Below are positions 54,001-54,782 of a stretch of DNA of 54,782 nt, piece by piece (positions within the stretch are counted from its first letter, which is position 1; each line of letters begins with the position of its first letter). Under the pieces are notes generated by a model. That model made no database searches and was not told the DNA's origin. It worked only from the letters and a program-made list of their open reading frames with translations. Where the stretch lies: positions 1-54,782 of IMG/VR virus record IMGVR_UViG_3300025889_000152; one strand, given 5' to 3'. The position numbers were made by a program, and so were the translations under genes. The DNA is from a virus. Taxonomy: Duplodnaviria; Caudoviricetes.

Positions 54001-54782
54001 ATGCCTCTAACTACTTCCCAAAAAAAGGCTGCCGTGATCAAATGGTTTGGGTATCAATCTGATGCCGATGATATCGCCTTGGTTACTGCTAAAATCACGG
54101 CTGCGATCGCCGATGCCGATCTTCTCGAAATCATTGATCAATCATGCGATCGCATCTTGAAGATGGAAGATCGCATATATGATCAAGCCTTGCGAGTGCC
54201 ACACGGTAACTTGTATCTACTGAACTTTGTCGAAATGGCAAAGGAGATTAAGCGCCTAAGTAATTTGCTTGGGCTAACTCTCAAACCATTGGCTGAACAG
54301 GTCTGGAATGAGACTGCAACAGCATCAGCGATCGCCGCAATGCTTAGCCCTGCGGTAACTCCGTTCATGAGTCTTCCTGCGATTAATTTTGAAGATTGCA
54401 TATTAAAAGTTGCACCAATAACCTCGGATACTAAGCCTAAGAATGTTGCTAAAGGGCAAATCTGGAATACTGTCACTAATCCTCAAACATTTGAATTTGA
54501 TGGGTGGGTATGGAGAGGTCGCACCCAAGGGATTAACTGTGGCAATTTCAATATTGATATTGAGTCCACGATTACCCATGCTTCGGCGGGTCTGATTGCA
54601 ACCCGAATCGCTGGTAATGCTTTTGCAACGGGTGCGGGTATAAGCGCGACACCTTTGGGATTAGTTATTGAACAGGTGCGGTCAGCGATCGCCTATGACA
54701 ATGCCACTGGCAACAAACTGAATACATCGGCTGTAACTGGCATGGTGGCGATCGGCATTATCAATGCGGGCGCATCGGCTGG
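54001..54782 (+). CDS. 3'-truncated allele of 1303..3018 with replacement N-terminus
   Basis: MPLTTSQKKAAVIKWFGYQSDADDIALV...; open to the window end. Confidence 0.88.
   Translation, partial: MPLTTSQKKAAVIKWFGYQSDADDIALVTAKITAAIADADLLEIIDQSCDRILKMEDRIYDQALRVPHGNLYLLNFVEMAKEIKRLSNLLGLTLKPLAEQVWNETATASAIAAMLSPAVTPFMSLPAINFEDCILKVAPITSDTKPKNVAKGQIWNTVTNPQTFEFDGWVWRGRTQGINCGNFNIDIESTITHASAGLIATRIAGNAFATGAGISATPLGLVIEQVRSAIAYDNATGNKLNTSAVTGMVAIGIINAGASA

Larger units (their letters stand above)
1..54782. mobile_element. Near-complete cyanobacterial phage / phage-plasmid genome, unit length ~52.0-52.7 kb, with overlapping diverged ends
   Basis: Terminase, portal, scaffold and coat genes present; 1..2087 aligns to 52048..54782; very high HIP1 (GCGATCGC) density; no host housekeeping operons. 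Confidence 0.92.
52048..54782 (+). repeat. Right copy of diverged terminal direct repeat
   Basis: Aligns to 1..2087 apart from a variable block and a 723-bp insertion. Confidence 0.95.

Noticed and set aside
107-54476. Numerous antisense/shadow ORFs in the track (e.g. 107..454, 1488..1946, 1585..2199, 31406..31927, 54183..54476)
   Set aside because: They overlap better-supported genes on the opposite strand or frame and show no motifs
1-54782. Genome-wide TGA recoding to explain the terL stop
   Set aside because: Many genes end normally in TGA or use ATGA coupling, and long ORFs are intact under code 11

Overview
The window is essentially one complete ~52 kb genome of a dsDNA, HK97-fold (Caudoviricetes-type) phage or phage-plasmid of a HIP1-rich cyanobacterium; the octamer GCGATCGC saturates the sequence. 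The ends overlap: 1..2087 is a diverged copy of 52048..54782, and the two copies differ by a hypervariable coding block and a 723-bp HNH endonuclease insertion. Recognisable genes include small and large terminase, portal, scaffold, P22-like coat, two large ejection-type proteins (one with ADP-ribosyltransferase-like and zincin domains), fibre-like proteins, HU, Dps, dUTPase, C5 methyltransferase, beta clamp, a replication initiator with iterons, a Gp3-like recombination protein, FtsK, five HNH genes and an initiator-type tRNA-Met. I could not recognise an integrase, polymerase, lysin or long-tail genes. The most striking unexplained signal is a ~75-bp essentially non-coding element present four times in the same orientation (3066, 14337, 29005, 42564). 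It divides the circular genome into four 11-15 kb quarters and is a candidate for multi-site or segmented (multipartite) packaging. Other notable signals: a probable -1 programmed frameshift fusing a HAD phosphatase to a ribbon-helix-helix domain, a 229-nt tRNA-like RNA with a large insert in place of the anticodon loop, an in-frame TGA inside the terminase Walker A motif, an HNH cassette that supplies a replacement N-terminus to the gene it interrupts, and gene-junction repeats that define cassette arrays. All product calls come from motif recognition by eye; no database searches were run.
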